Shown one piece after another: positions 52,393 through 64,000 of a stretch of 64,000 bases of DNA. The position numbers were made by a program, and so were the translations under genes. The notes under the pieces were generated by a model. That model had not been told where the DNA came from and ran no database searches. It saw nothing but the letters and a program-made list of their open reading frames with translations. The first letter of the stretch is position 1. Every line of letters begins with the position of its first letter. Origin of the DNA: Octopus vulgaris (taxonomy: Eukaryota); the NCBI GenBank assembly GCA_951406725.2, contig OX597839.1, positions 5,580,001-5,644,000 of the forward strand. Reading direction: 5' to 3'.

Positions 52393-52453
52393 GATAAAAC
52401 TCCGAGTTTCTGACGCCGAGGTGGAAATCCACGCCGCCATCGCTTCAGTTATC
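52393..52453 (-). ncRNA. degenerate type-I hammerhead motif
   Basis: Reverse complement GATAA-CTGAAGC-gatggcggcgtggatttccacctcggcgtca-GAAAC-TCGGAG-TT-TTATC; core A9 is substituted. Confidence 0.6.
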
Positions 52454-52739
52454 CGGCCATCGGAAAAATGCTATGAAAAGTTTTTCATGGCATTTTTCCG
52501 ATGGACGGATAACTTTCTCTTCTTCCTCTCTCTCTGTCTCTGTCTCTCTCTCTCTCTCTCTTTGTGCCTTTCTATTAATATATATTTCCATCTATGATGT
52601 ACACACACACACACTCACACGCACATACACACACTCACACTCTCACACACACACTCTCTCTCTCTATGCCTTGCTCTAACTGCCTGTGTGCGTGTACGAT
52701 ACACACGCACACTCACTCACTCTCTCTCACTCTCTCTCT

Positions 52740-52884
52740 TGCGTAACTGGTTCTTAATTTATCGACCCCGAAAGGATGAAAGGCAAAGTCGACCTCGGCA
52801 GAATTTGAACTCAGAACGTAACGGCAGACGAAATACCTATTTCTTTCGCCCGGTGTGCTAACGTTTCTGTCGGCTCCCCGCCTT
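52740..52884 (-). mobile_element. SINE family 2, partial
   Basis: GCGTAACTGGTTCTTAATTTATCGACCCCGAAAGG...GAAATACCTATTTCTTT. Confidence 0.85.
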
Positions 52885-53219
52885 CTGTAGTCTCTACATT
52901 ACGCAAATCCGCGTAACAACAACATATTCAGCTCCGAAAAACAATTGTAAGGCTGGCAATGCATCGCTTTTCAAAACCACGTTAGTCATTTTAACTTCGA
53001 AATTTCTACTCTGCAATATATCATACCACCTAGCCTGTGGTATCTGCTATGCAGCTAAGTAGACTGTGCTATTCATATTTAAATATCAAGACGACCATAT
53101 TATTTTGGACACGATTTTAATATATTTCAATATATTTTGTTCTTTTTTCGTTTTGGAATATTTTTGGTAGAATATTGTTAGTCATTTCAAATTCTCAATT
53201 TTTATTAAAAACCAAAATA

Positions 53220-53550
53220 ATATCCTGCATACATGTGAGTTTGTGTGTGTCTGTGTGTGTGTGTGAACATGTATATATTCATGTGTGTGTTAGCTGGTGT
53301 GTGTGTGCATATATATACATGTGTATGATCGCGTCTGTGTGTGTTTATGTGTGTATGTATATATGTATGTGTGTGTATGTATATAGATGTGTGTATGTAT
53401 ATAACCATACATTAATATAGACAAGCATACATATACATGCATGTACATATATAAACATATATGTGCACATAAACGTATCTATACATAAATACATAGGTAT
53501 ACATAGATACACATACATATATTTATATATATATATATATATACATATAC

Positions 53551-53592
<42 letters not shown>

Positions 53593-53617
53593 GTATACAT
53601 ATATATGTATATACATA

Positions 53618-53677
<60 letters not shown>

Positions 53678-53819
53678 GTATATATATATAGATATATTCA
53701 CACATATGTAAATACATACATATATAGATCCACACAAATGTATGCATCCATACATAAATACACAAACCTCAATTCTATTTTTTATCAAAACGTATGAAGA
53801 GAAATATGTATTTATGCGT

Positions 53820-53868
<49 letters not shown>

Positions 53869-53929
53869 ATATATATGTATGTATGTATGGATATATATAT
53901 ATATATATATATAGTATACATAGATACAC

Positions 53930-53965
<36 letters not shown>

Positions 53966-54043
53966 TTATATATGTCCGTATGCATATGTATGACTGTTTG
54001 AATATCTACGTGCGTGTATGTAGTGTATGTACACACACACACG

Positions 54044-54079
<36 letters not shown>

Positions 54080-54080
54080 A
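53220..54080. repeat. (TG)n/(TA)n field
   Basis: Direct reading. Confidence 0.9.
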
Positions 54081-54194
54081 AGAGTAATTAAAATTTTCCT
54101 TTCTATTTTCTAATTTATTTTTATATTTTTGCCTTCCAAATTTAGTTTCTATCTATCAGTGACATCTGAACGAAAAATTGCTTCGACGAGTTGG

Positions 54195-55110
54195 CGGTTA
54201 TGGTAGTGATGGTGGTGAGTGTTGTAGTATTGGTGGTGTTGATGGTGGTTGTGGTTGTGGTGGTGGTAGTGGTGGGGGTTCTAATAGAGGCGATGATATT
54301 TGTTGAGAAGCTGAGGAGGGGCGGCTCATGTGGCTATACTGTTGATGTTGCCGCTGGTAGATAGAGGCGATTGGATGGGGAAGGTTTTAATAGTGGTGGT
54401 AGTGTTTGTGGTGATTGTGATGGTAGCGGTGGTGATTGTCGTTATGGTAATCGGGCTTATAATGGTAATTGTCACAATGATGTCAGCGGTGATGGTGGTG
54501 GTGGTGGTGGTGATGGTGATGATGGTAGTGGGGTTGGTGGTGGTGTTCGTGTTAGTGATAGTGGTGGTGGTGGTGGTGGTGGTGGTGGTGATTGTGGTAG
54601 TGGTGGTGATGATGGTAGTGGGGTTGGCGGTGGTTTTCGTGCTAGTGGTGATGGTGGTAGTGGTGATGGTGGTAGTGGTGGTGATGTGGTGATGATGGTG
54701 ATGATGGTAGTGGGGTTGGTGGTGGTGTTCGTGTTAATGATAGAGGTGGTGATGGTGGTGATGGTGGTGGTGGTGATGGTGGTGATGGTGGTAGTGGTGG
54801 TGATGATAGTGATGATTGTAGTGGAGTTGGTGGTGGTGTTCGTGTTAGTAGTGGTGGTGGTGGTGTGGTGTGGTGATGGTGGTAGTGGTGGTGATGATGG
54901 TGATGATTGTAGTGGCGTTGGTGGTGGTGTTCGTGCTAGTGATAGTGGTGGTGGTGACCTTCGTGTTGGCGGTCGTAGTGGTAGTGACGGTGAAGTTGGT
55001 AGTCATGGTGGCGTGGTGCAGCTTCGACTGCTGCTGTTAGAATGTTGGTGGTTGTGGTAGCGGTGGTAGTGGTGGTGTGGTGGTGGTGGTGGTGGTGGTG
55101 GTGGAGGTGA
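54195..55110. repeat. (GGT/GAT)n-derived minisatellite
   Basis: Recurring anchor GTGGGGTTGGTGGTGGTGTTCGTGTTAG. Confidence 0.85.
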
Positions 55111-55553
55111 GCATATCAACGTAACCGTCGTCGTTGTCATGGTAATTGCTGTACATAGCAGGGGCGGTGGGGGGGATATTAGTATTTGTACTGGTTGTTA
55201 TTGTAGTGGTTGCAGTGTTGGTGTTTATGTGTCGGTAATTATAGTTGAGACGGTGGTGGTGGCAGTGGTTGTGGTGGTGATAATTGCGGTGTGTCTATGG
55301 GGATGGTCATGGGAAGCGGTGGGGTGGTTTTCAAGTGACACTTCACGCAACTTACGTCCTCTGGTTCCTGCGCAATTTCCTGCAACAGGATGCACATAGT
55401 CTTACATTGCCCTTCCAAGTGTATGCATAATTGTGTGCATGTATGTATACACACACACATATATATATATATATACTCATAAACACATATAGGCACTATA
55501 GATACATATATACAGATGTATATCACACACACATATATGTGATATATATATAC

Positions 55554-55663
<110 letters not shown>

Positions 55664-55792
55664 TTATATGTATGTAGATATATATATGCATATATATGTA
55701 TGAATGCGTAATTGTCTGTGTGAGTAGGCGTTTGGAAGTTAGTTTCACAGAGAGAAAGACAATATATATAATATATATGTATATATGTATAC

Positions 55793-55894
<102 letters not shown>

Positions 55895-56006
55895 GCATGT
55901 ATGTATATTTACATATATATAAATATGTATATAAATATATATAGGGGTATATATATGTATATATGCATATACGAATGTACGTATATATACACAGAAAATA
56001 CATGCA

Positions 56007-56047
<41 letters not shown>

Positions 56048-56583
56048 ACATGGTTAGAAATATACGCTTTTTATGGAACGCATAGCCTGTTTATAGAAGT
56101 GTGGATAAAACATTGTGTGTATATATATATATGTGTCATGTCTATATGTATGTGTATGCACTTATTAATCTTCTCATACACTGACAGATAAAAGCGCCAT
56201 TTTATAAAAAAATTTAATCCATATTGACTAACATGGATGCTTGTGTCTTGAAGTATATCTTTAAATATCGGTATATTTATGTGTGTGTATATATGTCCTT
56301 TGAATGTATTTTTGAAATTTCTTACTAATATAGATAAAATCGATTCATAATCCAGATAGAACGTTCTTTCATTGGCAATAAGGCAAGCGGAGCTAGAGGC
56401 CCATGTAGGAATACCTATGTACGTAAAATGAAAGATGTTACCTTTTCGAGTGATACCGACTTAAGGGCCGGTTTTTATGGCGTATAAATTCCCCACCTGG
56501 ATGGAACACCGGTCTATCTGAGGGTTACTTGTTTTTACCCGCTGAGTGGACATAACAAATACAAAAACAAATTATTATTGATA

Positions 56584-57350
56584 TTATTAGGTTGTTCCGA
56601 AAATAATGGCCGATTTCAGAAACAATTTTATTGTGGAAAAATGAACAATAGAAATGTTTTGATTAGTCAAAGTATGAGCCGTGAACATCTATGCTTCTCT
56701 ACCATCGATCAACAAGATTATTTATGCCCCGTTGATAAAAACTTATTGGCTTTGGTGCTAAGAAATCTTTGAAAGCTGATTCCATCTCTGGTTTGGACCT
56801 GAAAGTTTTATCATTTAAAAACTTGTTTAAATGCTTTAAAAATGGTAGTCAGTGGGTGAAAGATCAGGAAAATATGGAAAGTCTCGTATTCCCAAGTCTG
56901 TGAATTTCTGCAGCGTCATTCTTGCTGCATGTGGCTTTGCATTATCGTGGAGCAGAATTGGGCCACGCCTATTCACCAATTCAGGTTTCATTTTTTGCAA
57001 GTGAGCATGCATTTCAGCGAGATGATTGCAGTGTAATTAACAACACCAATTGCAGACCACCAGACAGTCACCATAATCTTTTACTGATGCAACTTTGGCT
57101 TTAAGAAATGTTTAGGGGACTCACCACGATCAAGCCATTGACCTAATCGTTTATGGTTACCATAAAGGAACCACTTTTTGTCACAAATGACTATTCAGTC
57201 AAAAAAAATGATCATTGGTGTTTCGCAGTAAGAGCGCCTAGCACACTTTCAAACGCCGAACATTCAGATTTTCATTGAGCCCGTGCAGTACCCATTTATC
57301 AAGTTTTTTTCACCTTATCCAATCTTCTGCGGTTATTTCTCTCGCAATGA
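56584..57350 (-). pseudogene. decayed mariner transposase with 3' TIR
   Basis: TA-TTAGGTTG TIR start; - strand motifs GPILLHDNAKPHAA, PYFPDLSPTDYHF and NLVDRW*RSIDVHGSYFD* match mariner HDNARPH, YSPDLAPSDYHLF and the C-terminus. Confidence 0.88.
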
Positions 57351-57540
57351 CTTAATGAAATGTGTAACTAGACATGTGCAGTGGCGATTTCTTCTCCACT
57401 TTTCGACCCTGTTCTTTCTCCTTTCCGACGAAGCGCTATTGCTCGAAACTTCAAACTCTCTCCTTTCACTGAGAATCAAGCTGATACATTTGTTGTGCAC
57501 GTTCTCATGTTCGGTGTTTTCGTTTTTTTATTTTATTATT

Positions 57541-57570
57541 TTGGCAGACGGAATCTAAAAGAAGCCCGTC

Positions 57571-57628
<58 letters not shown>

Positions 57629-57629
57629 G

Positions 57630-57682
<53 letters not shown>

Positions 57683-57869
57683 GTGCGTGTACCTTTGTAT
57701 CTGTGTTTTCCCCCATCATAATGTGACAATCGATGTTGGTGTGTTTATGTCCCCTAACTTAGCATTTCGGTAAAAAAAACCTGAGTGATTAAGTACTAGG
57801 CTTACAAAGAATAAGTCCTGGGATCGATTTCTCGACTAAAGGCGGGGCTCCAGCATGGCCGCAGTTAAA

Positions 57870-57917
<48 letters not shown>

Positions 57918-58143
57918 GTATATATATTTGTGTGTGTGTACTTTTGCATCTGTGTTTGCCCCCATCATAATGTGACAATCGATGTTGGTGTGTTTATGTC
58001 CCCTAACTTAGCAGTTCGGTAAGAAAAAAAAACGTGATAGAATAAGTACTAGGCTTACAAAGAATAAGTCCTGGGATCGATTTCTCGACTAAAGGCGGGG
58101 CTCCAGCATGGCCGCAGTTAAATGACTGAAACAAATAAAAGAA
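57541..58143 (+). mobile_element. SINE family 1 3' half, tandemly duplicated across (TA)n
   Basis: CCCCATCATAATGTGACAATCGATG...GGCCGCAGTTAAATGA occurs at ~57711 and ~57961. Confidence 0.85.
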
Positions 58144-58171
58144 TATATGTGTGCGTTTGTGTGCGTGCGTG

Positions 58172-58207
<36 letters not shown>

Positions 58208-58329
58208 TAAAACGTGTGTATATTATTTTGAATGGGGTGCATAATTCAGACACAGGTTATCTCGTAAGACATTATTCAGTGTGTCCATTCATTTCATTTT
58301 ATTAATACTCTCTGTCAAAACCTTTAAGC

Positions 58330-58540
58330 CTGCCACCCGCTTCACACCCGTTTCACTTCTCCGTTGAACTTCCTGTTAGTCATAAGTTCTTTTATTCTAA
58401 CAGCTTCTTTCCTCAAATTGCTGTTCTCTGGAACTCATTATCATCGTCTCGTTGTCTTCAGGTCTGCGATATTCAGTCCTTTATGCTTTCTGCTAATCAA
58501 TATCTTTTGAATTTGTTGGCCTTTTCCTTTTCTTCTTTAT
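58330..58540 (+). mobile_element. old LINE 3' fragment (Jockey/CR1-group C-terminus)
   Basis: Reads YSNSFFPQIAVLWNSLSS, matching the SFFPRTxxxWNSLP motif. Confidence 0.6.
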
Positions 58541-58961
58541 AATCCATTATGCTATAATGGCGTTGAGCCTAGTTTGGGAAAATTTCCAATATCGTGGAAA
58601 TGTCCGTACAGGTGTGTAATTTCTAGTAGGTGTGTAATTTTGGGGGGCGGTTTTGCTTTTGATGTTCTTTATTTTGATATTGTTGGCGTTTTTTATGGTC
58701 CCCTAGATATTGTCGTCTCTAGCCTTTGGCATCATAGGGCCGGTTATCCAGTTTCTATGGCGTATAAGTGAACAAGTTAACCACAATATTCCTGAACGGG
58801 GCGCCGGTCCGTCGTAGAGCTATACATTTACAGCTTAGAGAACAGGAGCAATATGAAATTAAGTGTTTTTCTCAAGAAAATAACGGATCGCCAGGTTCGG
58901 AAATTGATCCCTAGATCTTAGAATCGTGAAATTATAGACACATATACACACACACACATAT

Positions 58962-59125
58962 ACGACTGCCTTCTTTCAGTTTCCGTCTACCAAATCCACT
59001 CACGAGGCTTTAGTCAGCCCGAGGCTATAGAAGAAGACACTTGCCCAAGGTGCCACGCAGAGGCACTGAACCCGGAACCATATAGCTAGTAAGCAAGCTT
59101 CTTACCATACAGGTCCGCCTGCGCC
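58962..59125 (-). mobile_element. SINE family 1, 5' half
   Basis: CTTCTTTCAGTTTCCGTCTACCAAATCCACTCAC...CTGCGCC. Confidence 0.85.
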
Positions 59126-59244
59126 TATACACACATACACACACACACAGAGGAAATAGGATCGTGCCTTCACTGTTGTTGTTTAGCCTCGGGCAGAAAA
59201 GCTGATGAAGATACACATATGCTCATTCTTCGGTTATTTTTAAT

Positions 59245-60225
59245 GCTGAGGTCTCAGACAAAAGTTGGCTGCTATTTCTAGTTGGTCGCTTGGCCGACCA
59301 ATGTGTCGTGCGATATTATTGTTATTGTATCAAAACCTTAATAATTCGTTCATTTTGTTTAAGGATGTGAATTATTCAAATCCCTCTCAACACATGGCTA
59401 TGATGCCACCTCACTACTTCTGCTCGTGATCAGAGATGCACATATCGTCAGCCACTAAGGGACATACTCAACTGGTTAAGGACAAACAACTGACAAGCAA
59501 ATCTGAGGTCCCAGACAAATTATTTGGCTGCTATTTCTATTAGAATTGTTAACATGCCGCTAAGCATTTCGTCCTTATGTTCGGAATTCAAATACCGCGG
59601 ATATCGACTTTTCGTTTCATCCCTTCGAGTTCGATAAATTAAGTACCAGTGAAAAACTGAGGTCGATGTAATTGAAGAAGTCCTCCACACAAATTTCAGC
59701 GTTTGCGCCTTTAGTATCGTCACCCACTAAGGGACATGCTCATCTGGTTAAGGACAAACAACTCACAAGCAAATTTGAGGTCTCAGACAAAAGTTGGCTG
59801 CTATTTCTAGTTGTATCAAAACCTTAATAATTCGTTCATTTTGTTTAAGGATGAGAATTATTCAAATCCCTCTCAACACATGGCCATGATGCTCCCCTAC
59901 GACTTCTGCTCGTGATCAGAGATGCACATATCGTCAGTCACTAAGGGACATGCTCAACTGGTTAAGGACAAACAACTGACAAGCAAATTTGAGGTCTCAG
60001 ACAGAATAGTTGGCTGCTATTTCTAGTTGTATCAAAACCTTAATAATTCGTTCATTTTGTTTAAGGATGAGAATTATTTAAATCCCTCTCAACACATGGC
60101 TATGATGCTCCCTCACTACTTCTGCTCGGGATCAGAGATGCACATATCGTCAGCCACTAAGGGACATGGTCAACTGGTTAAGGCCAAACAACTGACAAGC
60201 AAATCTGTGGTATTGAGCAGAATTA

Positions 60226-60266
<41 letters not shown>

Positions 60267-60516
60267 GAGTGAGAGAGCAGTTCATGCCATCAAAGTGACA
60301 CTGGGGTAAAATATACGAAGCCCAATATACCCATCATGACTACCCGTCTGATAAGCCACTAAGAGACATGCTCAACTGGTTAAGGACAAACAACTCACAA
60401 GCAAAACTGAGGTCTCAGACAAAAGTTTGGCTGCTATTTCTAGTTGGTCGCTTGACGACCAGTGTGTCGTGCGATATTATTGTTATTGTATCAAAACCTT
60501 AATAATTCGTTCATTC
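59245..60516. repeat. interrupted ~216-bp tandem repeat built on a retroelement-like segment
   Basis: TCAAAACCTTAATAATTCGTTCATT at ~59330, 59816, 60032, 60491; CACTAAGGGACATGCTCAACTGGTTAAGG recurs five times. Confidence 0.85.
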
Positions 60517-60807
60517 TCTTCAACTTGATGCACTCAACTGCTGACTCTATTGGCACCGCCATTGTTACTGTCGGTGTTGTTGCTGTTGTTGTTGTTGTGG
60601 TGTTGGTTGTTGTTGTTCTTGCGGTACTTGTTGATGTAGTTGTTGTTATTGGTGTTAGGGAGGGGTTGGTAGGGTGTTGGGGTTGGAGGTGGTGGTGGTG
60701 GTGGTGGTGGTGGTGGTGGTGGTGGTGACGGTTGTGGTTATGAGGATGTTTTCAAGAATTAATTTCCGCTTCTTGTATTCTTTCTTTATGTACTTTTCGC
60801 GTTCTGG

Positions 60808-60835
60808 GTGATGATGATGATGATGATGATGGTTG

Positions 60836-60876
<41 letters not shown>

Positions 60877-60890
60877 ACGACGACGACGAC

Positions 60891-60930
<40 letters not shown>

Positions 60931-60978
60931 GTTGTGATGACGACGACGACGATGATGATGATGATGATGATGATTGAA

Positions 60979-61020
<42 letters not shown>

Positions 61021-61240
61021 GTTGTGATGATGATGACGACGATGACAACGACGACGACGATGACGACGACGACGACGACGATGATGATGATGATGATGAT
61101 TGAAATAATGACGACGACGACGATTATAACGATCATGCTGCTGCAGCTGATGATGATGACGATGATGATGATGGTGATGATGGTGGTGGTGGTGATGACG
61201 ACGACGATGATGACAATTATGACGATGGTGATGATGATAA
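60808..61240. repeat. (GAT/GAC)n triplet repeat
   Basis: Direct reading. Confidence 0.9.
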
Positions 61241-61684
61241 CTAGGAAAAACGAAAGAGGAAAGAGGCGGGTGGAGAAGAGGAGGTTGAGGAGGAAACAAA
61301 ATGGAGATGATGAAAATGATAACGGTGGTGGGTGGTGGCGGTAGTGAAGATGGTGGCTGTGGTGGTGGTGGTGGTTGTAATGATGATGATTATGATGATG
61401 GTGATGATGATGATTGTGGTGATGGTGATGACTGTTGCTGTTGTTGTTGTGACACTTGTTATAGTTGTTGTTGCTGTTGTAGTTGTCGGTGTTGTTTTTC
61501 TCTATTCAATTGTTATTCTCGTCGTGATTAATGTCGATGCAAAAGATATTGTTGACGTCATCGCTATTTATTGGCGTTGGGGCTTTTGTTCCTGTTTCTC
61601 TTCTTGTTCTTCTCACTGCTGCTACTGTCTCTATTGCGCTTCATCTGTGTCCTGAAGCCCATCTTCCAACTTTTGATGTCATTA

Positions 61685-62130
61685 AGGCGGCAAGCTGGCA
61701 GAAACGTTAGCGCGCCGGGCGAAATGCGTAGCCGTATTTCGTCTGCCGTTACGTTCTGAGTTCAAATTCCGCCGAGGTTGACTTTGCCTTTCATCCTTTC
61801 GGGGTCGATAAATTAAGTAACAGTTACGCACTGGGGTCGATGTAATCGACTTAATACCTATGTCTGTCCTTTTTTGTCCCCTCTGTGTTTAGCTCCTTGT
61901 GGGTAGTAAAGAATGACCAAATCCAAGATTCTCTGCGGCTACGTTCTGAGTTCAAATTCCGCCGAGGTCTACTTTGCCTTTCATCCTTTCAGGGTCGATT
62001 AAATAAGTATGAGTTACGCACTGGGGTCGATATAATCGACTTAATCTGTTTGTGTCCTCTGTGTTTAGCCCCTTGTGGGTAGTAAAGCAATAGGCATTTC
62101 GTCCGTATTTACGTTCGGAGTTCAAATTCC
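61685..62130 (+). mobile_element. SINE family 2 multimer (two units plus the start of a third)
   Basis: GAGTTCAAATTCCG at ~61758, ~61948 and ~62118. Confidence 0.88.
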
Positions 62131-62226
62131 GTCCCCTATGGGACCGCTGCATTTAAGGGACAAATATACTTTATGTGTGTATGTGTGCGCGCATGTATAT
62201 ATTATATGTTATATATATATATATAT

Positions 62227-62390
62227 TGGGTCATCCCATAAATAATGCGGTTCTTTTATACTTCTTTTATTTTTCAAAATTAAGATAAACAAAGTTCTTT
62301 TTTAATCTAAAATATACTCTCCTTCATTTTCTACAATGCTCTTCCTCCTATCTGGGAGACTTGCAAGGCCCCTATTTTATAGTTCACTTG
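62227..62390 (-). pseudogene. mariner 3' end fragment (second family)
   Basis: TA-TTGGGTCATCCCATAAATAATGC TIR-like start; - strand reads [23 protein letters not shown]. Confidence 0.7.
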
Positions 62391-62408
62391 TATATATATA
62401 TACCAGTT

Positions 62409-62507
<99 letters not shown>

Positions 62508-62745
62508 ATGTATATACGAAGGGCCTCTTTCAGTTTCCGTCCACCAAATCCATTCACAAAACATTGGTGCCATGCAGCGGGACTGAACCCGAACCCATGT
62601 GGCGTGTATATATACAAAAGCCGAAGACGACTTTCCCTTTCATCCTTTCTGGGGGCGATAATTAAGTGACAGTGAAATACTGGGGTCAATATAATCGACT
62701 AGTCCTCCTTGCCAAAATGGCTGTTCTTGAAGTAAAATTTGAAAC

Positions 62746-63481
<736 letters not shown>

Positions 63482-63639
63482 GCTGATATTCTTTCTGTTG
63501 TCATAATAGTTAGCACCGCTATTATTGCTTTTGTTGGTATTGCCGTCGCGTTGCTAGTGTGGCATTCCCCAGTTATTATTGCAAATGTTGTTTCGCACGT
63601 CGTTATTATTTATGCCATTTTATGCTGTTGCTGCTGCTG

Positions 63640-63997
63640 TTGTTGCTTGTTGAGCGAAGCGGTCTTCGTCCTGTAGTGAGAGAAGTCCGAAACGTGGTCC
63701 TTTGCTATTCGTATGACCCGCAGAAGAGAAAGCAGGTCAACCCCCGACACCGAGAGCATCGACGGATGGATGGATGAATGCGCATCCAGGCTCAAGCGTT
63801 TGCGCAGGAAGTCGGGGGGGGGGGACAAGAAACAGGAAGAAAGAGTGAAAGAAAGTTGGAGCGAAAGAGTACAACAAGGGTCACCACCATCCCCTGCCGG
63901 AGCCTCGCGGAGCTTTAGGTGTTTTCGCTCAATAAACACACACAATGCCCGGTATGGGAATCGAAACCACGAGTCCGCTGCCCTAACCACTGGGCCA
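63640..63997 (-). mobile_element. SINE family 4, near full length with an (AAC)n-like tail
   Basis: Reverse complement TGGCCCAGTGGTTAGGGCAGCGGACTCG...GGTTTCGATTCCC head, GC-rich hairpin body, AACAAGCAACAAC tail; head shared with 33034-33137. Confidence 0.8.
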
Positions 63998-64000
63998 GGC

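Noticed and set aside
63660-63710. CTGTAGTGA...GAAACGTGGTC hammerhead-like string
   Set aside because: Core spacing is wrong, stems I and II do not pair, and it is antisense to the SINE

Overview
Eukaryotic, AT-rich, extremely microsatellite-dense non-coding DNA (intronic or intergenic). The SINE families and repeat landscape suggest a coleoid cephalopod, probably Octopus; this is an inference, not a checked result. I find no credible host protein-coding gene. Almost all ORFs in the track are translations of (TA)n, (TG)n, (GAT)n, (ATT)n, (GAA)n and (TAGA)n repeats. The non-microsatellite content is mobile DNA: four tRNA-derived SINE families, a 439-473 bp TTAGGG-carrying MITE with 8-bp TSDs (3 copies), 2 non-autonomous Helitrons, Tc1/mariner remnants, and CR1/Jockey-type and RTE LINE 3' fragments. 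The most interesting signal is about a dozen minimal type-I hammerhead-ribozyme motifs of the Penelope-like-element (PLE) kind. They belong to several apparently unrelated short element families, mostly embedded in (TA)n, some in fold-back arrangements, and one has a fully canonical core (51896-51981, minus strand). Also notable are a LINE and SINE sharing a 3' tail with a compensatory stem-loop, TSD-flanked SINE dimers with a fixed junction, and an unexplained GC-rich three-way-junction fold at 39422-39552. Repeat coordinates were read by eye and may be off by a few bases.
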